Shown here: in pieces, positions 11,304 through 25,000 of the stretch
Layout of the letters: every line of letters begins with the position of its first letter
How positions within the stretch are numbered: the first letter of the stretch is position 1
DNA from: Bugula neritina
Lineage: Eukaryota > Animalia > Bryozoa
DNA: 64,000 nucleotides
Direction of reading: 5' to 3'
Assembly (NCBI GenBank): GCA_964035545.1
Contig: OZ037767.1
Span: 1,375,680 to 1,439,679, forward strand
Notes under the pieces: generated by a model
The model's database searches: none
What the model saw: the letters and a program-made list of their open reading frames with translations, nothing else
Told to the model about the DNA's origin: nothing
Translations under genes and position numbers: made by a program

Positions 11304-14300
11304 TTATAAACACAGAGCATGCCATTCCTGTTTATTTATAGTATCTCAAGATATATAGCTTAGAATTATGCTGTCTGTAAAGTGATATCTAAGCATTTAC
11401 TGTTATAGCATAGTTTTCTATTGCAATTAAGCTTGACATATAAACATAGTTTTATTTTAATTATATAGCAACGCACTCCTTTCAGTGAAAAATAAAGCTA
11501 TATGCTATGAATCAAAGGGAATCTTTGCTATACTTACTCTTGCACTGCTCAGAGTCATCTTCCCTTGTAAAGACATGGAATATCTATCTAAACTGTTATT
11601 AGATGCTGAAGCTGCAGGAAATGTGCCTTTAACAGAGCTTTTAAGCCAGAGTGAAAGAATCTCACATGTAGACATCTACAGCATGTGGTACATTTTTCAC
11701 TAATTGTTAAATACATACCTATTAGCATGATAATATATTCTTACGTATTAATAGTTTAGATAGTCTGTTTTCTGTATCTACACTCTTTTCATTATTAGAT
11801 TAAGGTAGCAGGTAGGTTGCGAAAGAGATTAGTTGCATCATAATATAAGATATTGCATGCACATCTAAGCAGTACAGCTTATTTTACGCTACATATAAAT
11901 TTGTAATGAATAATAAAAATGGCTAGAGGAATGTTTTGTAGTTGAAAAACTAAATGTAAACAGCTCAGTATTATATAATCTTGTCTAAAACTTACTCTGT
12001 CCTGCTTGCTCCTCTTCACTGCATAAACCAGCACTTCTATACACAGAATTACAATTGCAATGCCCAACCCTCCGATCAGAAATACAAAAATTCCACCTGC
12101 AAAAATTCAAATTGAAATTTTACAATGGTAAACAAGTGTTTATTACTTCTTCAAATGCTTAGAATTTTATTCTTTTTGAATAGGTAAATAAATTTAATGC
12201 CCAACCTAGGTTGTCCAGTTTCAGCTGCAGGTTTGTGTCATCTGCCTCTTTCTGCTGGCACTTATTGTCATTCACCTTCCACCACTTGTTGTACAACTCA
12301 AGTAAGTCTTGCTTCTCACTCAGACTCAGGATAATACTCGACAGTCTGTCTCGGTACTCATGACCTAGATCAGAAATCTTGTTGTCAATATGACAGAAAA
12401 ACTACTGAAATGAAAACATTGGGCTGTTTTATTTAAATTGAAAATTCAGCTAATTTCATTAATCAGTGAAGCTTGTGTTATAGTATTATATGCTCTTGCA
12501 GTTCTATCAATCTGCATTGCACAAGGCACACAGCTATGCTATGATTGCTAATTGTAAGACAATAATATAGTATTATCCTAATCTATGCCTGCATATCTCA
12601 TTAGAAAGCTAAACTCCAATCCTAGGCATCTAAAAACAGCTTTTTTACTTATTTTATAAAAAGACAAGTTGTCTAAAATTAGGTCAACATCAAAACAGGA
12701 AGTATATTTTGCAGTGTACATCCTGATAGATTTAATTGATTCTACGTGACATTTAAAAGAAATAGTTATATAAACTGGACAAGAAACAGGCACTGCTTCA
12801 TAGTAATTCATAGGCATGTTGATTATAGTAAAACAATACCCATTCCTACCTGTTTTAAGACCAATACCATAGCTAAGGCTGTTGATTGGTGGACCAACTT
12901 GTGTTAGTTCGCAGTTTTCATCTGTGTTTGTCTGAAAACAATGCTACTTTGTAGCTAAATTACTTTTTAAATATTATATATATATAATCATTTTCTAGCA
13001 CCTATAGATTCTAGCACTTGGCAATTTATTGCATTAATACAAAGCTTGAAATGAACTTAATCTACTCAAAGATATACAAGTATAAATATATGATGGATCT
13101 ATAAGAATAAATCATATAATGTACTACAAGGCAATGTCTAAAAACAGTATCTCCACACTGTCTAATTTCAAGTTGCATAAATTTACTTGTAGTAAATATT
13201 AAACTTTTTGGTGATGTACAAAATTGCTAGGCATTGACAACTTTCTAGTCTGTGGCAATTTATTTTAATAAAGATTCTGTATCTATTTCAACATTTGCAT
13301 AGAAATTTGTTTTGTGTTTTCAAAGATTAGTTGAACACTGAAAACATCAATAAACCCGAATTTCAAAAGAGCATAACTTCAAATTAGCTAAATACTTTTT
13401 GTAAAACACAGTCGGAATTTTTCTCCCAAACAGATGCATAAAGAGTACAGTAGTGGAGGGAAACTTACATTATACTGGATATAAGGAGACTCCATAAGGA
13501 ACGCATAGTTCCCGTCCCTCACTCTAGCTATTCCCTCGTTGGTGTCACTGCTAAAGGCATCTGGAGATGTGCTGATTCTCTCCCACATGCGTTGGTAGAG
13601 AGGAATTTTGGAGTTTTCAAAAAAGCTGCATGTGTTTCCATTTTTCTAGAATTATTTTTATAATCAAATAGTAATAAATTGTCATGCAAATGAATTTACA
13701 TGCAGTATTGAGTTAAACTACTAAATTACGTATAATTTAATGGGAAATTATATATTATGCTATATTCTAATGAATGTGAAAAAAGCATTTTATTTTTAAG
13801 TTTGAACAAACCTACAACTTTAATCAAAATAGTATAATATAATATATGTATATGTATATGTATAGTATTTAAACAATACTATACATATACATATATTATA
13901 TTATATTATTGGTGATGTAGCAGGCAGGAATACAATAAAATGAAAAAATAGTTGATACTTACCTTAAATAATTTACTTAACTTACTTTGCACCCGTAAGT
14001 CACTTCTGTCTGTGCCTCCAACTCTTCAGCACTTTTGAAAGTGTCTGACAGCGTGGTGATGGTGAGAAACGCTGCCAAGTTGGCCGTGTAAGACGATATG
14101 ATGATGAGAGTGAACAGCCACCAGGCTATGGCTATGATTCTGGTAGATGGAGCTTTGGGCATGATGTCACATCCTGAAATATAGCATGGGGTTATCTTTC
14201 CTATGCTTGAGATATAGCATAGGGTTATGTTTCCTCTACTTGAGATATAGTAAGGAGTTATCTTTTCTACAGAGTTACGAATGATGATTTATCTCTAGCT

Positions 14301-17300
14301 ACAACTATGCTACTTCAACTTTAGCGTTTATAGCAACCTATAATATAATGCTGTATTATTTTTGAATGATATTTGTAAGCTTGCTTGAACTAGTAACTCA
14401 TTAGATATATCCATACCTTGCTGCATGATAGATCCTACAGAAAACCAAAAGGCATTGGATAAATTGAACTGATTTTCTAAGAATCCATAATTCTCTTGGC
14501 ATGGGAATGGGTTTTCCCATTCAGTTGGGGAAAACCGTGAAAATATGTACATCCCGAAACTCACCACCACCACAGATGCTGCAAAATATAGTAAATCGCA
14601 ATAAAGTATAACTAATTTTATGGTTTTTATTTCAGTCTTGAATTGAACAATTTATTAAAACATACATGCAAACATTCTAAATTTCAGATTATGAGTATTT
14701 ATATTAGCAGTTGTCTTACCAATTATGGTCCCCCAGACGGTTAAACTGATTGGTTCCATAAATGTTAGCAGGTGAGGGGGTGCTTTCTCCGGCACTTTGT
14801 AGAGAATGGCTATTCCGAAAGTCATGAATGGCTTCGTAAAGTCAATAGACTGCTCTCTCTCATAGTTTATGGTGAGGGGGGCCGCAGCCAAGTCCGCAGT
14901 CTATATAGTTATACAGACACGTATATATACTCATATTATATATTATACATCATATATTATATATAACATCAGGATAGTATATTACACACTTACCCCTTCT
15001 ACAATCTCTTTCACCATCCCATTCCATTCCTGTGTCTCTTCGTTAAAAGAACCATACTCATTATCCGCTACTATTCTGAACTCGTATGACAGATCTTACA
15101 TGAAATATACAGATGAAAATGTATAAGACTAACTAATTGCAATTTCTAGCTTACAGCAACCTTGATTTAATATGTTATGAATACTATAGTAGAAACATTT
15201 ACTTATAAGTACTGTATATCTACATAATATATTTGATTAGTTCTGAAACCTTGTCTCAGGTTTAAATCCCATTGGAAGCTGCTGGTGCCAAGAAGAATAT
15301 TATTCAAATTCCTTATGTCTCACTTTATGACCTACGACTCATGTGATGAATGTAATTTAATGTTTATGAATCTTTAGAAAATAAAAACATAGCCTACAAA
15401 TACAAAGATAGCAGTTTGCCTGCAGTTCGCCTAATTCTAATTTCTGTTAAAATTAAAATCACAGATTAACTGATTACACACCTATCTGTAGTAGGGCTGC
15501 TTCATCTACAATCTTGTTCATCAGATCCACGATGTATCCTTCATATTGGTTATTCCCCACTAGTCTGTCTCCCTGGTGATTCTCTTTCAACATGAAGAAT
15601 GGATCTATCTGTGAATAGAATAGCTCTTACTTTAGATTAGCATGTAGTTCAATTTACTTACTTTCACATACAAGCAAGTTCATCTGTTACTGGTAAGTAT
15701 ATAGTACGTATAATCTGCTAATATATATTATCTGCATACTAGTATCAGCATACTGCTATCAGCTTTTTACATATTCGAACTTGATGTCTTCACATACATT
15801 ACCATGATCTCTATACTTACTTTAATTGTAGTGACTATTAAAGGTCTACTAGTAGAAGAGTAAGTGGCATTCTGTAAGGGGATTTGAGGGTAAGTGGACA
15901 GAGCAACGGCTCCAGAGGTATTGGGTAAAGGCGGAGTATAGTTCCCTATGTTAGTTGCCTCCCCACCTGGCTGTAACTTCATAATGTATAGCGTGTAGTT
16001 CTGTCTTTGCCCGTGGCTATCAAACTCTATCAGACCAGTCATCCCGTCGTATTCCACTGTCTGAATAATATATGTAGGTTTTAGGGCTACCGTTTTATAG
16101 ATACCGGGCTATCATAAGAAGGTTTGAAAACTTGATTGAAGTTTAAAATGAATTGCATAGTTATTTCATATTTATAATTTATAAACTTTTGATTCCTTCC
16201 TAATAATCAGCTATTAATATAGTTTGAGCATTGATAATTTAAACTTTAAATAGTTGGTGCTAAATGTTTTTATGTAGAAAAAAAAACAAAACAATAAGTT
16301 TTGAAATTTTTCCCAATTAGATTTACATTCAAATAAAGATCTGGGCAAACAGTTTACCTCTTTGAGTTTCTGCCCGAGCAAACGGCCATTCTTCCAGACA
16401 CTGTTGTTGGCTGAACAGTCCAAGGCTGTAGTGGAGAACCCGGAGTATTCTTCTAAGGAAGTGTTGATAGCCTTTGCCAGTATGGCTATAGAGTCAACTA
16501 TCAGGGCATTGTGGGTCTAAAGTAATCATGTTATATTATACTTATATAGTATAGCATATCATAACATATTATGTTATGCATACGTTACAATATATTATGT
16601 AATATGTAGCTGTTATAATATATTGTAACTAAATATACTTCCATAAGTTGATAATAATGATAATGGTAATACATGCAAATATATCATGAGAAATTGATTT
16701 GAAATATATTTATTATAATTAGCTGATTAGGAATTTATTAATTCAACACACTGTAATACAAATTCAATCTCTTTCTCAATCACTTCTCTGCATACCAACC
16801 GTAAAATAATGTTTTGGGATATTTGGCCCAGTGCCATATAGCTTGTGGTAATGCTCATAATTCATCACTGTGGATGAGGGTGGTACAGAGCCTGCGTTGA
16901 CAATCTGAGCCCAAGTGATGGTAGCCCCACCATACGAGTAGTGCTCCATATCCAGTGCGTGCAGGTCCTGTGTAACAGTGAATAACACAACCATATGATA
17001 ACTCCATCATTAACTGCTGTTTTCACCAAACATAGTTCTTTCATCAGCTATAAGCAACTGTTTTTAAATAATTCAAGCAGTTTTAGATAGTTTTTGTTGC
17101 AAAAAATTACGCTATTTCCCAAGATATCTGCAGTAAATTTGTTAATTGTAAACTTTTCCAATAAACTTAGTTGCTAATAAATTTTGCACCTTTTAATGCA
17201 GGCTAAGCCAGTATACACTCTAGTATAAGACGTACCAGTGACAGGAAATGGTAGTGGTATACGCCAGTTAGCATCTGTCTCTCCAGGGCTTTGTTAAGGA

Positions 17301-19999
17301 ACCCTTTGACTGAGGCAATGTCACAGTCTACTATGATCTGTTTAGATTTTAATTTAATGATATAGTCAAAGGTGGGGGTGTAGTCAGACCCCCCATGCAT
17401 GTGATAGGAATTAACTACAATCTCCTGCCTTTTGTGTAGCTCCAGCAGTTCCAGGTGCCTTGTCAGTTCTTTAATATAATATAATATGCTTATTAGGTAA
17501 TATAATGCAATATAATGTAATACAATATGCTATTACACAATATAACATAGTATACAATATGCCATTAGGATTTAGGTGATACAATAAAATATAATATATA
17601 ACATAACATGCTATTAAAAATCATAATAATATGTTAGTATAAGTGTATAAATGTATTATCTTACAGTGTATTACCATACAATACATTAGATATAATATTA
17701 TAACATGACATATATAGTACCTACAGTAGAATGTATATTTAGATATTATAGTGTTATACTACATATAACATAGAACCATATACTAATCTAACCTGTAGTA
17801 GATTTATACACTATGAACACATTGTCCCAGTCCCACTCCTTCTGATTACTAGTAATAAGTAAGCTGGTGAAGTCAATGAGATGCTGAGGGTCAGGGTGCA
17901 TGTGCACTACCATGTCCTTGCTGTAGTCTTGTGAAGGGGACAACTCCAAGTATGGTACTTGCTTCAGCTCACTAACCAACTGCATGTATTCCCTAATTGA
18001 CTTCTTTTTCACACCGATTGATGCAGAGATCATTGACTTCAAGGCATGATCACACACTATAAATGATAGAATCAAATAACATGTAGCATTACATAACGCA
18101 TAATATATATAATATTATATAATATAGCCTACATTGTGGTTTATAAAATATGATAGTATACTATTTTTGTTTCATTGTATTTTGCTGAATTGGCTTTCAT
18201 TAATATCCAAAAATATTTCTTTTTTAAATAATTTTTAGCTAACATTTTATCTTAGTTTAATTTGTTGCAACTTATGATAAACATAGGAGCAGTGGAATAC
18301 AATATACTTGAATAAATAACCATAGAATGTAATGCATCATATGGTTATATATTAAATACATATCAACTATATAAATGAATAACAGCATTGCGACTGAATA
18401 GGTCAAAAGCTCAAGATTGTTGAGTAGTTCTCTTACCATATCTGGACAAGAGAAATCCTTCTTCACTGTTTATGCGTCTTGTCTGGGCTTGTAGAGTTAT
18501 CCACCTTTTGAAGGGAAGCCAATTAACAAAATCCACTGCCTTTGCGAATATGGCTGGTGAGTCCAAATCTTCACAGATGGTGTTTGTGTGTGCAGAAGGT
18601 TCAAATATACCAGCTGGAGGGTTACAGTTTAGTGTATATCAGGCATAAACCTTGTTTATATAGTTTATATTACTGGGTCATGTTGTCATATAACAGGTCA
18701 GTTTTATACCTCTTATATACTTTCTTTATAATAAAGTTAAACCAAAGTGAACATTTTCACGAATAACTTTCTCAAACTTTTGACTTTATAACCGCGTACA
18801 GCTATACTTGCATATGAAATAAAAATAACTTTACATGTTAGAATCTACTGGCAGTTTAGCTGTAAGAAGACTGAAATATGAACTATTTTGATATTTTCTC
18901 CATCCTATCATGGCCGACAGGCAGTAAAAAGTAGCCCAACATTCTACATGGTATTATATATACAGCATTTAGTAGCATTTTGCATTAAGTGCATAGCCAA
19001 CGTATATATAACTCATCACATAAATATGAGCAATATGAATATACGATTACTTATATATTGATAATTAGACTATAAGTAATATTCCTAATCATAAAACAAT
19101 TATAAAGCTGCATCCAATTTATACAAAATCATTATCGTAATACGAGTATATTATAGCTATGCTTAAAGCACCTAGTTTACATGCTGTTTTACTATTTGTA
19201 TTGCTGTTCCTTACATTTCAAATTAAATTAAAAGAAAAAAGCTGATGAAAATCCAGTTTTTCCAACAAAAGTGGCAAGAAAGCAGTTCACAACTCAAGTT
19301 AATTACTATTGCATAATTTTATTACTAACAATTAGTGAGTGAGTTCACAGAACAACTACCTAGGAACACGCATTGCATCAACAGTAAAATGTTATTACAA
19401 ATGAAGTCAACTACCTGTACTATGATTCACTGCAAGTTATAAAAGTTATGTGAATGGCTCATCATTCATTAGTACAATATTCTGATTTAGTACTAATAAA
19501 AGACAGCTAGCCAGTTAGTGCTGAGCAAAGGAATTTATATTTTGTAACTTGAAACAAACCAGCATTTTGTATGTAAATTTCAAGCTTAACTTGATATATT
19601 AATAGAAAATGGGGACACAAAATGCATTTTATATTTCTAATTCATAAATTAATTCTTTAAAATTTGGTATTTGTAATTTGGAAGCAGTTTATCAATACAT
19701 TATTACACCTATCTTATTAATTAGTAAAATTAAAGCAAATTAACTTTGCCATGATAACTGCTTTAAACTTTGTATTTCATCATAACTATTTACACTTGCA
19801 TATGAAAATAAAAGTGATTATAAACTTTTCTACAAATTAATTTTGTGACTTCAGCTTTAATAAAAAGAAGAAATATGATTTTTAGACAAAACTTACCAAT
19901 ATTGAAGTCAGTCTGAATAGGGGCTACTGGAATTAGGAAATTACATAAGAGAACTGAGGCTACCAACTCTAAATTCTGAACTCTGTGTATTTGTTTCAT
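11304..19999 (-). CDS. Ionotropic glutamate receptor subunit, non-NMDA (kainate/AMPA-like); exons 19999-19897, 18613-18437, 18056-17793, 17468-17236, 16967-16800, 16516-16358, 16060-15821, 15608-15482, 15094-14994, 14900-14720, 14578-14417, 14173-13986, 13645-13469, 12931-12850, 12364-12206, 12096-11996, 11675-11538, 11327-11304
   Basis: In-frame exons encode a signal peptide, ATD (AGIFEP...AVDFVN), S1 ([32 protein letters not shown]), M1, pore loop [15 protein letters not shown]3 [12 protein letters not shown]2 (YAFLMES, CELTQVG, NKWWK) and M4 (LDNLGGIFVFL). The last exon is uncertain; read-through would give a stop at 11505-11507. Confidence 0.93.
14176..14270. repeat. 33-bp tandem repeat x3 abutting an iGluR acceptor
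   Basis: ATATAGCATGGGGTTATCTTTCCTATGCTTGAG-like units; on the minus strand the last unit ends TATTTCAG| (acceptor) where the others read TATCTCAAG. Confidence 0.7.
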
Positions 20000-22051
20000 T
20001 TTCTGTTAGTCTCTGTACTGAGCGCAGCCTAAGCTGTTATGTATTATGTTATGTTATGTATAACTCTTAGAGCTGCTGCTGTTGATGTTTTGATGCTTGT
20101 TTGCTATTGGCTGATTATTCCACATCATAGGCCAATTACAGGCCTGTTTATCTCTGTAGGGCATACATGTGCTGTCTCTCTGTTTGTATAGCGTTATTAT
20201 TAGTATCTACATGTCAATAGAATGTTATACAATCATGTTTATTAATTTAAAAACATTTATATATACAAATGTTACTGATTAGTAACTAATTTTGTTACAT
20301 GTTGTTGCACTTTTAAATAGCAGAAGTACATATAAACATAAACTTATATAAATATTCAAAGCAAATGGAATTGCAAGAAAAAATGTACTATATAATATAG
20401 TAGATACTATAACTGAGGTGATCCAAGTAATATAAGCTCAAATCAAATTAAAAATACTACACTTTCTGATGAAAATAGTAAATGCTACACATGAAAATAC
20501 TTTATAACACAAAAATTCAAATCAATAAATATTGCATGAAAGCAACGTAAGTGTATACAGTGATAGGAGAATAAGTTGAATGTAAAATAATTCCCAGTTA
20601 ATATGTTAATATGAATGTCATGACCAACAAACAAAATAGTAGAAATTATCATGACATCAGATTATTAGCTCTGGAAAAGAGGTTTTCAAGTGCTATACAC
20701 AATGATATAGTGCTATGCTGGACATTTAATCAATATGTTTGTGTAGCTAATTTTTATTACAGATAACACATGCATATCTCTACATATACAATGCATTTCA
20801 CAAGTATGAATATTGTACATTGTATTATAAAAAATGGAAACAGAAGTTTACTATAAAACCCTCTTTGTTGGCCATATTTTACAGATGAGCTCATACACTA
20901 ATGTAATTTGCCAACTGATTTTTTATAAAGACATGCTATAGAAAGCAAAGTTATTATTAGAAAAATTAAGGCCGGGTGGGTAAAGTTATATGTACCAGAA
21001 ATGTCATGAATGCAACATGTAAGACAAAAGTCAAGTTTTCCTTCACCATGCAGAGGGGTACCAATGTGCAAAGTTAAAATTAGTGAATCTCAAACATTCC
21101 AACTGTACCTACTGTGAAACAAGTGTTGGACTTTTTTTTAAAAATCTCAACTGCAAATTTATCTGTACATTCAAGGTTACAGATTGTTTTAGCAGAATAA
21201 TAATAATTTGATGTGCTACAGCAAAATGGCAGTGCTATTATTTATTCTTGAACAATAACTGAAATGGCAAAGCTTAATTAGCAGCTAATGATTGTTTTTG
21301 TAGATCTGTTAGTTCCAAGACTTTAAAGTTGACTTATAAACTTTACCTTATAATTGAAAATATACCTTAAACAATAAAAAGGAGTAAATTTAAGTTAAAT
21401 GATAATTAAACTTGTTTGTTGATTACCTTCAGTACAAAGTCTAACTGACAGAGCCAGGATCATCTATGAGACAATGATTAATTACAGAAGATACCAACTA
21501 ACTGAAATATTGACAACTATCAGACACTCATAATTTTGGCTATTTTCAGTATTTTGTATATCAGCATTAATCATTCTCTCATTAATTGTACTGGATCTGC
21601 CAGTTAAAGTTTTGAGCATTTTTTATTTTCAGTGAAATCTCTGAGTCTTTGTATACCTTGAAAACAAAGTTGCGGCAAGGTAACAAAATACTAATTACCA
21701 GAAATACCAATAGTTTGGAGAATGGTGCTAAAAAGCCTTGCTAAACAGAACATGTAGAAAGGTTATCTTCTCTTACCAACGAAAATGGTACGCGATTTCC
21801 ACAAATTGACGGCAGCACGATGATTACGAAGGTGCACAATAGTCTATTCAACGTCTCATGGTCAAGGTCATAGCTGTAGAGTAAAAAATTATCATGAGAG
21901 GTGGCAGCATACACCCGTTAGAATATTTTCCTCACAAAATTTCACCAACATTTAACATTTTCATTCAAATTTCAATTTGCATTGAAGCAGACTGAGAATT
22001 TAGTTGTACACACACCCTAGACACACCAGTTTTATATGGTTCACTATCACT

Positions 22052-25000
22052 ATGCCATCAAGTTCAACCAGTTTTAGTCTCAAAGAGTTAAAGGAAAAAT
22101 TTGAAGATGGAGAATTAGATTTGAGCTTATCTTCTTTAACTGGAGATGATATCCCTTTAAAGCAGTTGAAAGTTGGTAAAACTTCAAGTTCAAAATCTAA
22201 GAGTTCTTAATCTTAAAGTTAATCTATGACTCAGACTATCGCCTCTCACTTCTCAGCTCTCAGTATCTGAGTATCACTTATGACTTAACTTATTAGTTAT
22301 CAGTAAGTACTGATTATGGCTATCAGTATAAATAATAATATGAATATCAGTCTTAGACTAAGTTTATTATTCAGAATATAAATATTTATTGACTATAAAT
22401 TACTGAACACCAATATGAATATGATTGTCATGATCATTGCTATTGCTGATATTAATTAATATTTATAGTTATAATTGTTTTAAGCTAAAATTTCGTGAGT
22501 ATAGAGAATAAGTTTTCATCTTTTTTACTTTTAAGGAATTTTTGTAACTTTTAAACTCATCTTTTGCCTACTACTAAATACTGCATAGTATTAATTGTAT
22601 TATTTTTTGTTATAGTTATAATACTCTGTGATGTATCATGTGATGCTACACTATGTTATAGTATTTATATTACTTATGTTGTACAAAATTGTGTTCAACT
22701 ATTTTGAATTGTTGTAGCAACTGAAGAAAATACAGAGCTTGGACTTATCCAATAATGTGATTTCCTCATTGCCAGTGAGTGTAACGTTGACTTGGCTTTT
22801 TCTTGGGGTGGGGAGGGGGGGTACATGTCTCTCTGAGTAAAGTGTGCAAGTTGTAGAATAACAACATTTAATTAGAACATGTTGATTAAATTGAATCTGT
22901 TTCAAACTGCTTATTCTTTTAATCTGGGCTGTTGTGTGTCATTTTATATGATGATCATAATTTTTTATTAATAAAAAGAATACTAAGATAATATCTAGTT
23001 TACCATACTGCGTGATGTATCATAATAACCTACATTATTAATAAAGTAGTAATTTTGCTGTAGGTAGAGTTGTGCTCCACGCTACCCCACCTTGTTAAAC
23101 TGGATCTTAGCAAGAACTTACTTACTGCGTTACCTGGTAATATCGGAGAGTTGAAGAATTTAAAGAGTCTGGACTTGCTAGGTAATTAATGTTGCACAAA
23201 TTCAGAATGGAAATAAAAATAATTTCTAGTAATAAATAAATAGCTTCAAACAGTTGGTGAATCAAGTAGACATTTCATTTTATGTCATTCGTATAATATA
23301 GAAAAAGGTAAATTAGGAATTCTGCTGTAGATTGAATATCTTTTATTAATAGAGGATTTCTTTGAATAGCCATCAAATTTATTTGACTTTTTATAACACT
23401 GTTACAACTGTCAGGAGGCCTGGCCACACGATCGTGAGAATCACACGAAACTCGTGTGACCATTTTCGTGAGTTATCTTTTCGTATTGACCAGCCACACG
23501 CTCGTTAGACGAAAAGCCATTATGCCGAGATTGGTGCCGCAAATTTATATAAGTTATAAAGGAAAAATTTTGCCATTTTTGTTATTTTTTTGGTATTTTA
23601 TGTGTACATTGTTTAGTTTTGTTTATTGGTAAAGTTTTTAAACGCATTTTTTATGCATATAAAATTAAATTTTTTTTTTAAAACTCACTCATGTACGTAA
23701 ATACAAAGCTATAAAGTTTAAGCTTAGCTGTGATTACAGTGTGAATATGAATTGAATAATGCTTGCAATAGCTATTTTACACAAAATACATTACAGTTGC
23801 TATAAATGTAAGACTAGTAAATTGGATGCAAATAGGCATAGTAATACTACTTAATTTATGCTATTTTTGAAATTTGTAGTAAATATTTGGCGTGTATAAT
23901 ATATATATATATATATATATACCCCTAATATATACCACTTTGATGGCAACAAGTCATTTTTATTAGTCTATGAATGAGTTTTGCACGAGATAAAAGCAGC
24001 AGAAAATTGCCAAATGGAGAAACGTAGTAGAAATGAAATAATCACTGTTGCTAAAATTCTATTGACCAATCAAATGGTACTTATCGTCGATTGGGATTTT
24101 TTGTTCATCGTCATCGTTGTGTACACCCAACGATGACGATTTCGTTTGAATTCCCTCAAATTTTCTCGTACAAATGTTTTTTCGTGTCAAATAGACGATT
24201 TCGTGTGATTCTCACTATCGTGTGGCCAGGCCTTAGGCAATTCCAAGTCTGTCTAATTTCATTTCTGAACCTTTATCCACAATATTTAGTTTTTGACTTT
24301 GAAACTTTGCTGGACCAGTTAGTCATGCCTTCTGGAACCTTCCACAGTTTATGACTATAAAATATTGCAGGCAACAGGTTGACTACACTGCCTGAAAGTT
24401 TTGGAGATTTGTCTTCCCTTGTTTGGTTAGACGTGAGAGACAATCCCCTGTCAGCTGCTATACTGAAGGAGGCAGGGGACTGTTTGGATGATAGACAGTG
24501 TAGAACATGTGCTATAAGGGTGAGTATACAGTGTAGAACATGTGCTATAAGAGTGAGTATACAGTGTAAAACATGTGCTATAAGGGTGAGTATACAGTGT
24601 AGAACATGTGCTATAAGAGTGAGTATACAGTGTAAAACATGTGCTATAAGGGTGAGTATACAGTGTAGAACATGTGCTATAAGGGTGAGTATACAGTGTA
24701 GAACATGTGCTATAAGAGTGAGTATACAGTGTAGAACATGTGCTATAAGAGTGAGTGTACAGTGTAAAACATGTGCTATAAGGGTGATTATACAGTGTAA
24801 AACATGTGCTATAAGAGTGAGTATACAGTGTAGAACATGTGCTATAAGAGTGAGTATACAGTGTAAAACATGTGCTATAAGGGTGAGTGTACAGTGTAAA
24901 ACATGTGCTATAAGGGTGATTATACAGTGTAAAACATGTGCTATAAGAGTGAGTATACAGTGTAGAACATGTGCTATAAGAGTGAGTATACAGTGTAAAA

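Noticed and set aside
8419-11325. Short ORFs between Drosha and the iGluR
   Set aside because: AT-rich, no recognisable motifs or consistent exon chain; probably 3' UTR or intergenic.
21895-21912. CTCF-like AGGTGGCAGCA between the divergent iGluR and LRRC59 genes
   Set aside because: The 5' half of the CTCF consensus is missing; a chance match is likely.
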